A program made the position numbers and the translations under genes. From Bdellovibrionales bacterium RIFOXYD12_FULL_39_22 (GTDB lineage Bacteria > Bdellovibrionota > Bacteriovoracia > Bacteriovoracales > Bacteriovoracaceae): a stretch of DNA of 64,000 nt. Below the pieces are notes generated by a model. It made no database searches. It was not told the origin of the DNA and worked only from the letters and a program-made list of their open reading frames with translations. Where the stretch lies: assembly GCA_001770205.1 (NCBI GenBank), contig MEQL01000037.1, forward strand, positions 1-64,000. Direction: 5' to 3'. This document shows, one piece after another, positions 1 through 9,091 of this stretch; position 1 is the first letter of the stretch, and each line of letters begins with the position of its first letter.

Positions 1-154
1 GATTCTTTCTAAATCTATTGAACTTTCTAACGTTGACTTGGCCACTGAGTTTATTGCGCTTATGGAACAGCAAAGAAATTTTCAGGCCAATGCTAAAACG
101 ATTAATACTGCTGATCAAATGTTGCAAGAAGTTCTAAATATCAAACGTAATTAA
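1..154 (+). CDS. flgE: Flagellar hook protein FlgE, C-terminal fragment (gene starts before the window)
   Basis: Hand translation from nt 2: ILSKSIELSNVDLATEFIALMEQQRNFQANAKTINTADQMLQEVLNIKRN*. This is the flagellar basal-body/hook C-terminal motif (LExSNVDL..E...QRxFQANAKxI). FlgG is not strictly excluded. Confidence 0.8.
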   Translation, partial: ILSKSIELSNVDLATEFIALMEQQRNFQANAKTINTADQMLQEVLNIKRN

Positions 155-164
155 TAAGCAATAA

Positions 165-219
165 AAGCTAGGTGAAAAACTTCTAAATATTAGGAGTTTT
201 TCACCTAGCTTGTTTTTTT
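165..219. terminator. Bidirectional intrinsic terminator between convergent flgE and ferredoxin
   Basis: Long inverted repeat AAGCTAGGTGAAAAACTTCTA...TAGGAGTTTTTCACCTAGCTT, followed by a T-run on + and preceded by an A-run. Confidence 0.85.
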
Positions 220-224
220 GCTGA

Positions 225-452
225 TTAAATTTTTCCAATCGCATTGACGGGGCAGACATCGATTGTCGCATGACACTTCGCTATTTCTTGTGTGGTGGCC
301 GGCTGTTTGTAAACAAAGGCATAGATATTGTCATTATCCATTTTAAAAAACTCAGGGGCCTCTACGATACAGGCGTTGCAAGCGATACATTGGTCATCGG
401 TGAAGAAGTCACCGATGACGTTTTCTGGAATTTTATATTTTAGATCGGCCAT
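225..452 (-). CDS. Single-cluster 4Fe-4S/3Fe-4S ferredoxin
   Basis: 75 aa; CIACNAC motif plus distal CPVNAI. Confidence 0.85.
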   Translation of the reverse strand: MADLKYKIPENVIGDFFTDDQCIACNACIVEAPEFFKMDNDNIYAFVYKQPATTQEIAKCHATIDVCPVNAIGKI

Positions 453-476
453 ATTTTATTCTTTCAAAATTATCTC

Positions 477-1976
477 TTATAGTGTGCCGTAACGTTTAAT
501 AGTTGTTGTGTTTTTAAGTTGAGTTAAAACACTTTGAAAAAGTTTATTTGAAATGGCCTGCGATAAAACTTTCTTGTCTTGTTCATTATCGTTATCGTTT
601 TTTTCTTCTCCCACAAAAGGTGCGGCCTGAACTATTATAGAGCCAGCAATTTCGTCAAAGATCTGTACCTCTTTGCTGGCATTGGTTTTACTTTTTTCAA
701 AAAGCGTTCGTAGTTGCTCATCGCTAAGGGACAACTGTCCACTAGTACCATCTAAACGATTGATCTCTTTTTCTTTTTCAAATAAAAAACCATATTTTTT
801 TTCAAGAGCTTCTAACTTAGTAATTTCTTTTTTATCCATGGCCGCTTTAACTTCCACTTTAACTTTTTCCAGAAGGGCCTTGGCATCATCGTTTTTACTG
901 TTTTGGATCATCTCCTTCGTAAACTGCATTTTGTAGTCTTCAAAAATTGCCTCTTTTGCCGCTTTTTTATCTTCGACCATAATTATGTGGTAGCCAAAAT
1001 CACTCTTGACGGGAGATGAAATGGTTTTGGCGTCCATATTAAAGGCAACTTCTTCAAATGCCGGAACCATCCGTCCCTTGGCAAACCAATCTAAGTCCCC
1101 CCCATTTGTTTTTCCACTTGGATCTTCGGTGAATTTATTGGCCATTTCCTTGAAGTTTTTTAGCGTAACTTTTTTGGCCAAATCTTCTATTTCCGCTTTA
1201 ACTTTCTCTTCATCTTTCCCTTCGGTTGTAAGGAGAATATGCCGGGCCTTTATTTGCTCGGGTTGGTCCAGTTGCTTTTTTTGCTCATTAAATTTAGATG
1301 TTACTCGTGCTAGGTTCGCATCATTTTTTAGAAAGCTATCCATTTCATCTTTACTAACTTCTACAAATTTAAACATCTCTTGCAACGTTATTTTGGCCAT
1401 GGTCGCCTTTATTTTTTGGCCTTTAAAGGTATTAATTTGTTCCATGTATTTTGAAGATATAGGGAAGGTTTTAATTATTGATTGTAGCTTCTTAGTTTTA
1501 AGATCCGTTAGGATATTTTCTTCAAACTCGTTTGGAGTCAGGCGGTTTCTGGAAAGTATGAATTTGTATTTTTCGATGTCGAAGTTCTCATCAGTTTTAA
1601 AATAGGAAATCTCTTTTATCTCCTGCTTGACTTCATCTGCGCCGGCCGAAATTCCCACCTCACTTGCTAAATTGGTGAGGAGTTTATTGTTTATAACACT
1701 TTCAAGTGCATTGTTTTTAAGGTTTAACCCGTCAATGTCTTGCTGCGAGAGCTCTTTTCCAAACATCTGCTGATAGAGTTGAATTTGGCGATTATATTCA
1801 TTGCGAAATTCCTCGACTTTAACCGAGGAGCTGCCAACTTTAGCGATTGTGCCACTACTACCGACTTTATTTGTGAAGGACTGATAATCGCTGAACATGA
1901 AAGAGACAACGATTAGGCCAATTAGGACAGATACTAATATTCCGGAACCAGTTTTTTGAAATCTATCAACGCTCAT
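477..1976 (-). CDS. ppiD: PpiD/SurA-family periplasmic chaperone with parvulin PPIase domain
   Basis: N-terminal TM anchor, SurA-N-like helical region, parvulin motifs ARHILL, EDPSGKTNGGDLDWF, MVPAFEEVAF, SDFGYHII. Confidence 0.85.
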   Translation of the reverse strand: MSVDRFQKTGSGILVSVLIGLIVVSFMFSDYQSFTNKVGSSGTIAKVGSSSVKVEEFRNEYNRQIQLYQQMFGKELSQQDIDGLNLKNNALESVINNKLLTNLASEVGISAGADEVKQEIKEISYFKTDENFDIEKYKFILSRNRLTPNEFEENILTDLKTKKLQSIIKTFPISSKYMEQINTFKGQKIKATMAKITLQEMFKFVEVSKDEMDSFLKNDANLARVTSKFNEQKKQLDQPEQIKARHILLTTEGKDEEKVKAEIEDLAKKVTLKNFKEMANKFTEDPSGKTNGGDLDWFAKGRMVPAFEEVAFNMDAKTISSPVKSDFGYHIIMVEDKKAAKEAIFEDYKMQFTKEMIQNSKNDDAKALLEKVKVEVKAAMDKKEITKLEALEKKYGFLFEKEKEINRLDGTSGQLSLSDEQLRTLFEKSKTNASKEVQIFDEIAGSIIVQAAPFVGEEKNDNDNEQDKKVLSQAISNKLFQSVLTQLKNTTTIKRYGTL

Positions 1977-2125
1977 TTTTCTTATCCTTTGAAAGTTTTA
2001 AGTGTTGTTGAAAGAGATAATATAACCCTTTCTTCTCTTAATTTTCAAGAAAGATAATTGGCAGGAGCTACGATTTTAGTTAAGCTACTGCTTAGAAGCA
2101 AAAATAATAAAAAGGAGATAAATTT

Positions 2126-2995
2126 TTGGGCCTAGTAGAACATGAGGGCAATCGACTAAAGCATTTTATAAACATAGTTTTCCTAGCGGTTTCTCTGTAT
2201 AGCGCTTCAACTACGGAGTACAGGCTAGCAGAGATCTCTTTTTTCGATCGTTTTTTGATTAATGCACTAGCGCCCATCCAGAAGGGACTATCTTCAACAA
2301 AAGACTATATTTCATCTGGGATAGAACACTATCTTTTAAATGTTACTGCCAGCCGCGAAAATATTAAATTAAAGAGAGACTACAGCGAGCTTGAAAGTGA
2401 GTTATTCAAAATTCGGGAGATAGAAAAAGAAAATAGAAGACTAAAGGCCTTATTGGAGTTCAATAGCGAGATACCTTTAAAGAAAGTTCTCGCCGAAGTC
2501 GTGGCCTGGGATGCTTCGAGCGAATTTAAAGTTATACGTATAAATAAGGGATCAAAAAGTGGCCTCCGCCTTCAATCTACTGTAATAACCACTCAAGGAC
2601 TCGTCGGATATGTCTATCGACTAACGGATAATTTTGCGGATGTTCTAACCATACTCGATCGTAATAATAAAGTGGACGCTGTTTTAGAGAGAATTCGCGC
2701 CCATGGAATTGTTGAGGGATATTCTCAGGATAAGTGCATAATGAAGTATGTGGGAAGAAAAGATCCTGTTGTTTTGGAAGATATCTTAATAACCTCGGGA
2801 TTGGGAAATGTTTATCCTAAGGGAATAAAAATTGGAACTGTATCTAGAATTGAGCGTGAAAGTTTTGGAATAACTCAGTACATTGAGGTTAAACCCAGTG
2901 TGGATTTTTCCCGTTTAGAAGAGGTTGTTGTATTGTTATCGCTAGACGATAAAACGCTTGATCAAGAATGGAATGTACTCAATAAAACAAAATAG
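2126..2995 (+). CDS. mreC: Rod shape-determining protein MreC
   Basis: TM segment, coiled coil (ENRRLKALL), INKGSKSG, GLVG, TSGLGNVYPKGIKIG motifs; AGGAG RBS before TTG start; first gene of an mreCD-mrdA-rodA run. Confidence 0.93.
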   Translation: MGLVEHEGNRLKHFINIVFLAVSLYSASTTEYRLAEISFFDRFLINALAPIQKGLSSTKDYISSGIEHYLLNVTASRENIKLKRDYSELESELFKIREIEKENRRLKALLEFNSEIPLKKVLAEVVAWDASSEFKVIRINKGSKSGLRLQSTVITTQGLVGYVYRLTDNFADVLTILDRNNKVDAVLERIRAHGIVEGYSQDKCIMKYVGRKDPVVLEDILITSGLGNVYPKGIKIGTVSRIERESFGITQYIEVKPSVDFSRLEEVVVLLSLDDKTLDQEWNVLNKTK

Positions 2996-3010
2996 TGAGG
3001 AGTTTTTTTC

Positions 3011-3547
3011 ATGAAGGTTAGAAGTGAACAGTTGCCGCAGTCATTATTTTTTACCATACTCCTACTGCTGGCATTAGAGATTGTGGCATCAACTTTTTTT
3101 CCAATAATTGGACTTGTGAGATTTCGGCCGGCGTTTAATATTTTAATCGTGCTTTATGTTGGATTTAAGTTGGAAACGCCATTTGTGGCGTTGGTTATCT
3201 TTGCCATTCAATATTTCCACTCTTTCTTTTCTGTTGAAGGCTGGGCGGCCGGAACGTTTGCTGGAATTATTATATGTATGATAATTTCTTATTTGCGAGA
3301 AATGATCCATTTTTCAACGGCACTCGTCACGATAGTAGTGGTGGAGATATTTCAAATTATTTGGTTTATAATTGCCTCCTTGTTGCTCTACTTGAAGACA
3401 GACAATATCACATATGTCTATGAAAAATTTTTTCGCTTTATCCCCGAGAGCATAATTATTGCATTAGTTGCGCCGTATTGCTTTACGATACTGGACCGTA
3501 TTTGGCATAGCCGAAATGAGAGGAAACTGCTTGGAGATGTCTCTTAA
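3011..3547 (+). CDS. mreD: MreD-like multi-pass membrane protein
   Basis: 178 aa with about 5 TM helices, located between mreC and mrdA. The call rests mostly on position. Confidence 0.75.
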   Translation: MKVRSEQLPQSLFFTILLLLALEIVASTFFPIIGLVRFRPAFNILIVLYVGFKLETPFVALVIFAIQYFHSFFSVEGWAAGTFAGIIICMIISYLREMIHFSTALVTIVVVEIFQIIWFIIASLLLYLKTDNITYVYEKFFRFIPESIIIALVAPYCFTILDRIWHSRNERKLLGDVS

Positions 3548-5520
3548 TGTTTAACCAAGAAGATCTGGTCAAGTCACACAAGCCCCGCGCAGACCTATTA
3601 GGCAATATGGTCGTTTTTGCGTTTGCCGTTGTGTTAGCAAGGTTGTGGTATCTGCAAATTTATCGTGGTGACCTATTATACAGGTTTTCCCTTGAAAATA
3701 GATTGCGAAAAGAAAATGTTGAAGCGCCACGCGGACTAATTTTTAGTCGAAATAATGATCTTTTGGTATTTAATACTCCACGCTTTGATGCTGTATTGGT
3801 TCCTCAATATATTTCTAATGAAGAGCAGACCATCGCTAAGTTATCACAGATTTTATCTATGAATCCGGCCGAAATTAAAAAGATCTTACAGAAAAGTTCG
3901 CGGCAGGCGCAATATCTTCCGATAACTATAAAAAAGAATATCTCTCATACAGAAGTTGCAATTATCGAAACAGAGCACAGTAAAATTCCCGGGATCAGCG
4001 TGCAGACTTTTATAGGCCGTGACTATGCTGATAAAGAAATCGGCGGCCATCTTTTTGGCTATATTTCCGAGATATCGCAACAGCAACTTCCCAAATATAT
4101 CAATCGCGATAAGATTAAATATAAGCAAGGAGATTTCATTGGCCAGTCTGGCATAGAAGAGCAGTTTGATAAATATTTACGAGGAGTGGATGGATATCTA
4201 TTCATGGAAGTTGATGCTATGGGGGCGCTCAAGCGGTTAATTCGTGACGACGCTTTATTTCAAGGAATTGATAACAAACCGGCCATTTCTGGAAATAATA
4301 TGCGTTTGACAATTGATAGAGAGATGCAAACTACGGCCTATAATGCTCTAGAGGGCAAGGCCGGAAGTGTGGTGGCCATAGATGTAAATAGCGGAGAGAT
4401 CTTAGCAATGGTTGCGCGTCCATCCTTTGATCCATCGAAATTTAGTATGAGTCTGTCTTCAGATTATTGGAGTTCTCTTGTTTCTGATGACAAAAACCCT
4501 CTACGCGATCGGAGTATTCAAGAACACTATCCTCCTGGCTCAACATTTAAAACCATTACGGCCATTGCTGCCTTGGAAGAGGGATTAATAAATGAATCAA
4601 CCACGGTTGCTTGCAACGGAACTTTTAAATTAGGAAAGAGAGTTTTTCACTGCTGGAAAAAACATGGCCACGGGGTGGTAGATATTCATCGCGCTATCAA
4701 AGAATCTTGTGATGTCTTTTTTTACAAAATAGGAACTATGCTAGATATTAATATTTTGGCCAAATATGCAAATATGATGGGGTTTGGCCGCCGTTCCGGG
4801 ATTACACTTTCCAACGAAAGAAATGGCCTGATTCCAACAAGAGAGTGGAAAGTGCAAAAAAATGGCCAAGAATGGCAACTAGGCGAGACGCTAATGAGTG
4901 TCATTGGCCAGTCATACGTCTTGGTAACAACACTTCAAATGGCACAAGCGTATGCGATAATTGCTAATGGTAACTCGCTATATCGTCCACATTTGGTGAA
5001 AGAGATATTTTCTAATGATGGAAGGATATTGGCAAAGTTCGGGGCGGAAAAAGTAGCGGAAGTTAAATTATCAGAAAAAACGTTGAGATTGGTTCGTGAT
5101 GGGTTGTACGGAGTTGTTAATGAACGAAGTGGTACTGCCTGGTGGTTTAAAGGAAGTGGAATTAGAATGTCTGGGAAGACGGGAACTGCTCAGGTGATAA
5201 GAATGTCGGCAGAAAAACTTTTTGCTAAATGTGAAGAGTCTGATTACAAATCGAGAAATCATGGATTATTCGTGGCCTATGCTCCTAAGGATGATCCACA
5301 AATTGCAGTGGCTTCGATCATTGAACATGGTTGTCACGGATCTTCGGCCGCTGCTCCAATTGTTCGAGATGTAATTACAACGTATATGAAAAAATATCGT
5401 CCAGAGCAAATGGAAAAATATATAGCCGAAGAGCGGGCCGAACAAGCGCGTTTACGAAAAGCGATGGCGGCAGAGAATAAAACAGAAACGGCACCAGTCG
5501 ATGGCCCGGATGATGAATAG
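3547..5520 (+). CDS. mrdA: Penicillin-binding protein 2
   Basis: APRGLI dimerisation motif; transpeptidase motifs STFK, SCD, KTGTAQ; adjacent to rodA. Confidence 0.95.
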   Translation: MFNQEDLVKSHKPRADLLGNMVVFAFAVVLARLWYLQIYRGDLLYRFSLENRLRKENVEAPRGLIFSRNNDLLVFNTPRFDAVLVPQYISNEEQTIAKLSQILSMNPAEIKKILQKSSRQAQYLPITIKKNISHTEVAIIETEHSKIPGISVQTFIGRDYADKEIGGHLFGYISEISQQQLPKYINRDKIKYKQGDFIGQSGIEEQFDKYLRGVDGYLFMEVDAMGALKRLIRDDALFQGIDNKPAISGNNMRLTIDREMQTTAYNALEGKAGSVVAIDVNSGEILAMVARPSFDPSKFSMSLSSDYWSSLVSDDKNPLRDRSIQEHYPPGSTFKTITAIAALEEGLINESTTVACNGTFKLGKRVFHCWKKHGHGVVDIHRAIKESCDVFFYKIGTMLDINILAKYANMMGFGRRSGITLSNERNGLIPTREWKVQKNGQEWQLGETLMSVIGQSYVLVTTLQMAQAYAIIANGNSLYRPHLVKEIFSNDGRILAKFGAEKVAEVKLSEKTLRLVRDGLYGVVNERSGTAWWFKGSGIRMSGKTGTAQVIRMSAEKLFAKCEESDYKSRNHGLFVAYAPKDDPQIAVASIIEHGCHGSSAAAPIVRDVITTYMKKYRPEQMEKYIAEERAEQARLRKAMAAENKTETAPVDGPDDE

Positions 5521-5542
5521 GCAGTAGGATTGGAGATAGAAA

Positions 5543-6658
5543 ATGGATTATTCAACAAAATTTGCTAACGCGCTAAAAAAATATGATTTTAGTTTTTTTG
5601 GGACGCTATCCATAATATTTTTAGTCGGTATTGTTAACTTATATTCAGCTACTCACGCATCCAATGAATCATCGATTGCTAATTTATATAAGGTGCAGAT
5701 CGTTTGGTTTTTTCTATCAATGGCGATAGGAGTAGGGATAAGCTTTGTAAATCCAAGAAATTTTTTTCGCTTTTCTTATATAATATATTTGGGGTGCATT
5801 GCAATGTTGCTTGCAGTACTTGCATTAGGCCATGTTGGTATGGGAGCACAGCGCTGGTTGGGATTTGGTTCAATTAAATTTCAACCTTCCGAGTTGAGCA
5901 AAATAGCGGTAGTTCTTGTATTGGGACGATGGTTTGTGAGAAATAATTATGAGCATGAATTAAGTCTATCAGACATGGTAATTCCGCTAATTTTAACCGC
6001 CATCCCCATGTTACTGGTAGTAGTGCAACCAGATCTTGGGACCGGACTTCTCATTTTACTTATATTTTCAGTTATTGCTTTTTATAAAAAACTTAAGTGG
6101 CGCTCTATTGTGGTAGTGGTTTTACTTGCGATGCTGACGGGGGGAGTTGTTTATAAATTTGGCCTTAAAGAATATCAGCGACAACGTATTTTGACCTTTA
6201 TTGATCCAACCGCCGACGCTCGAGGTTTTGGATACAATGCTATTCAATCTAAAATAGCAATAGGTTCTGGCCAGTTTTGGGGAAAGGGTTTTAAAAAATC
6301 ATCACAGGCCTCGCTTAGTTATTTACCTGAAAATCATACTGACTTTATTTTTTCTATTTATAACGAAGAACACGGCCTAACTGGATCGTTGTTGTTAATT
6401 TTCTTGTATATTGTTTTGCTTTTTCGCTTTTTGTGGTTAGCTGGCACGGTAAGTAACCTCTATGATTCGATTATTGTTATCGGCTTTATGTCTATTTTCT
6501 TTTGGCACACCTTTATCAACATGAGCATGGTTATGGGGTTGCTCCCCATTGTGGGAATCCCCCTTCCCTTGATGTCTTATGGAGGCTCCAGCTTACTCAC
6601 TTTTTTCACCTGTGCGGGCATGGCCACCTCAATTAGCAATTCGAGAAATCTATTCTAG
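5543..6658 (+). CDS. rodA: SEDS protein RodA
   Basis: GAQRW, FQPSE, QPDLGT, YLPENHTDFIF, GIPLPLMSYGGSS motifs; follows mrdA. Confidence 0.95.
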   Translation: MDYSTKFANALKKYDFSFFGTLSIIFLVGIVNLYSATHASNESSIANLYKVQIVWFFLSMAIGVGISFVNPRNFFRFSYIIYLGCIAMLLAVLALGHVGMGAQRWLGFGSIKFQPSELSKIAVVLVLGRWFVRNNYEHELSLSDMVIPLILTAIPMLLVVVQPDLGTGLLILLIFSVIAFYKKLKWRSIVVVVLLAMLTGGVVYKFGLKEYQRQRILTFIDPTADARGFGYNAIQSKIAIGSGQFWGKGFKKSSQASLSYLPENHTDFIFSIYNEEHGLTGSLLLIFLYIVLLFRFLWLAGTVSNLYDSIIVIGFMSIFFWHTFINMSMVMGLLPIVGIPLPLMSYGGSSLLTFFTCAGMATSISNSRNLF

Positions 6659-6664
6659 ATGCCA

Positions 6665-6681
6665 TTGGCATCTTCTTTGCT
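6665..6681 (+). promoter_or_regulatory. Putative sigma54 (-24/-12) promoter
   Basis: TTGGCATCTTCTTTGCT has exact GG-N10-GC spacing and matches TGGCA-N6-TTGCW; about 45 nt upstream of a GGAGA RBS and ATG 6726. Confidence 0.65.
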
Positions 6682-6725
6682 CTTTATATGAATAGAGGTT
6701 AACCAGATAGAACTTGGAGATAAAG

Positions 6726-6989
6726 ATGTCAAAAAAAGATGCATTCGTAAAAAAAATGGCCATTTTTGTAGTAGCTTTGCTTACTTATTCCACCTTAATG
6801 GCCGCAGACGAGATATTAAAAGAGCAGCAGTTAATGACTGGCCTAAATAAATACAATGTTAACAGCACTATGATCGAGTCTATCAGATACTCTCTGTGGG
6901 TTAACGGTATTGGCCATGATGCTATAGACAAAAGTGAAGTGGCCGCGGCGGCCATCCCAGAAGAGTTAGCAGTGGCGATTTCCAAATAA
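6726..6989 (+). CDS. Small hypothetical secreted/membrane-anchored protein
   Basis: GGAGA RBS, then MSKKDAFVKKMAIFVVALLTYSTLMA signal-like segment. Start moved from 6714 to ATG 6726. Confidence 0.65.
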   Translation: MSKKDAFVKKMAIFVVALLTYSTLMAADEILKEQQLMTGLNKYNVNSTMIESIRYSLWVNGIGHDAIDKSEVAAAAIPEELAVAISK

Positions 6990-7062
6990 GTTTTTTCTTG
7001 AGTTATTGCTAAATCATGCTATTAGTATCAAATCAATACTAAACACAGGTGTTATTACTATC

Positions 7063-7509
7063 ATGAAAAAAATTTCCATTATTGGTAGCTATCTCAAAAA
7101 AATATATCGCGGCTATAGCTCGGAACTACTTTTAAAACTGCAGGCCAAAGGCTTTTTGGATTTGCGGCCAAGTTTTTTAGAGGTCTTGTTATACATTTGT
7201 GAAAATGATGCTACCTCCATCAAAATGATTGGACGAAGCTGCGGCCTTAAAAAGCAAACCATGACTAGCCATCTAAATGAGTTAGAAAGTAGAGGCTATA
7301 TTTTAAGAAAAATTGGCCAAAAAGATAAGCGAGAGCAAAATATAGTTTTAACCGAGTATGGTGAAAAGTTTAAAGTTGCTTTAATGGAGAGTATCGAGGA
7401 GCTGGAAAACAGTTACGTTGATATTATAGGAAGCGTAGAACTCGACCGTATTGAATTAATGCTAAAAAACTTTCATGAAAAACTGCCATCGCATAATGCC
7501 ACCGTTTAA
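7063..7509 (+). CDS. MarR-family transcriptional regulator
   Basis: wHTH with TMTSHLNELESRGYI and DKREQNIVLTEYG (DxR motif). Start moved to ATG 7063. Confidence 0.88.
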   Translation: MKKISIIGSYLKKIYRGYSSELLLKLQAKGFLDLRPSFLEVLLYICENDATSIKMIGRSCGLKKQTMTSHLNELESRGYILRKIGQKDKREQNIVLTEYGEKFKVALMESIEELENSYVDIIGSVELDRIELMLKNFHEKLPSHNATV

Positions 7510-8418
7510 TTAAAAAGCTGGATAGAATGTGCCAAAATCAATTTGGCCAGCGATGATAGTGGTCAAAAAACTAGCGGTTAGATTTAGAGCTCCTTCATAA
7601 ATACCATATCCAATGGATGGCCCGGAAAGATCACGATTAATTTCAGCTTGATTCGCATCCCCTAATTCATCTTGCATTAGATAGATTTTTTGCAACCCCA
7701 GTTTGAATAAGGGATAGATTAAAATAGATAAGAGAATTTTTAACACAACCTGAACGGAGTACCAGTACAAGTTATTGACGCTATTGTTAAGGGAAGAGGT
7801 TATGATTAATGTCCAGCCCCACAAAAAGCCGGAGTAAGAGCATGCTAAGGCAAGATTTCCCTGGATGAGCAAGCGATTAAATGGAAGTTTCGATACCAGG
7901 GAATATGACTTAGATGCCAAACCTATAATTACGATAGCAAATGGCCAAATGAAAAAAAGCAGGATGAGAGAATCCCTTGATACCGATGCAATTGTTTTAA
8001 TAATAATTGCCAAAGTTATAGACATAGAAAAGCTAATAAGGGCATAAGCATAATTTTTTCGTTTAAGTATTTCGTCGGAGAAATCAAAATTATATAAAAC
8101 GATACTTTCCATAATATAGATGGAGGCCAGATAGATAAAAAAAGTTGCAATAGATTTAACAAAAAAATCCAAGATCGAGACAATAATTCCGTTGGCCATG
8201 TAAATATGGAAATTAGAAAAAATTATTCCAACTCCAATAATTCGTGCAAGCAAATGTAGTGTTTGTGCCGGATTTTGCGTTGGATAAAATCTTTTAAAAA
8301 GTTGTAATCGAGATGAAGGATAGAGGAAGGAGTGAGCATATTTATAGGCAAAAATAAGTGCACAAATTAACGCCACAAAAATGGCGCGTATTATTAATTT
8401 ATCAAATAACTCATTCAT
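7510..8418 (-). CDS. Polytopic membrane protein with DUF350-like repeats
   Basis: About 8 TM helices; repeated DEILKRKNYAYAL / LLIQGNLALA segments typical of DUF350 (recalled motif). Confidence 0.55.
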   Translation of the reverse strand: MNELFDKLIIRAIFVALICALIFAYKYAHSFLYPSSRLQLFKRFYPTQNPAQTLHLLARIIGVGIIFSNFHIYMANGIIVSILDFFVKSIATFFIYLASIYIMESIVLYNFDFSDEILKRKNYAYALISFSMSITLAIIIKTIASVSRDSLILLFFIWPFAIVIIGLASKSYSLVSKLPFNRLLIQGNLALACSYSGFLWGWTLIITSSLNNSVNNLYWYSVQVVLKILLSILIYPLFKLGLQKIYLMQDELGDANQAEINRDLSGPSIGYGIYEGALNLTASFLTTIIAGQIDFGTFYPAF

Positions 8419-9091
8419 ATATTTCCTGTGGTAAACTCAAAAATTTTTGCAGACGTTTTTTTAAAAGGGCCTTCAAAACAACAACCTCTGAGACATTTTT
8501 TTTGGGAAGATTTAGCAGTGTTACCGCGCCTTCTGTTCCAAATTCTTTATTTGTCCCATAAAATGGTGTTTCATTTTTTTGGGCCATTATCATCTCATTA
8601 TAAAATTTTTGATCTGGGCGAAAATCTCCCCAGCTTAACATTGATGGAAAGTGTTGATAGACACTATAAAAGGCCCACAGGCGTAATCCAGAATCCTGTA
8701 ATTTCCAATGGCCGTAGGCGCGATTACCAACAAATTGACTGCCAGGAGGAGAGGGAATTATATTGACTGGCACATCCTTGGCCTGACGTAAAAAAATCGT
8801 CATCCCAATATTTTTTTTGTTTTTTTCCCAAAAATATTTGCTGACGCGGAAAATCTGTTCATCTGCAGAGTTAAAACTATGAATAATGCGGTAGCGGTGA
8901 AAGTAGCTCTTTATGATAAAGCCAGTTTTAAAGTAGTCGGTTAAAATTAAAGAGGTATTTTCTTTGGGAAAATAGTTGGCAAAGACGGTCTCGTCGGGAA
9001 CATATTTAATGCCAGATTCAGATGGATAGAAGCTGGCAGAAATGCCAAGAAAATTTAGTAGTAAAAAAACATAGATGGAAATTTTTTTCAT
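8411..9091 (-). CDS. Hypothetical secreted protein
   Basis: Signal peptide; PPGSQFVGNRAYGHW..WAFY motif; 8-bp overlap with the downstream gene. Confidence 0.7.
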   Translation of the reverse strand: MKKISIYVFLLLNFLGISASFYPSESGIKYVPDETVFANYFPKENTSLILTDYFKTGFIIKSYFHRYRIIHSFNSADEQIFRVSKYFWEKNKKNIGMTIFLRQAKDVPVNIIPSPPGSQFVGNRAYGHWKLQDSGLRLWAFYSVYQHFPSMLSWGDFRPDQKFYNEMIMAQKNETPFYGTNKEFGTEGAVTLLNLPKKNVSEVVVLKALLKKRLQKFLSLPQEIYE

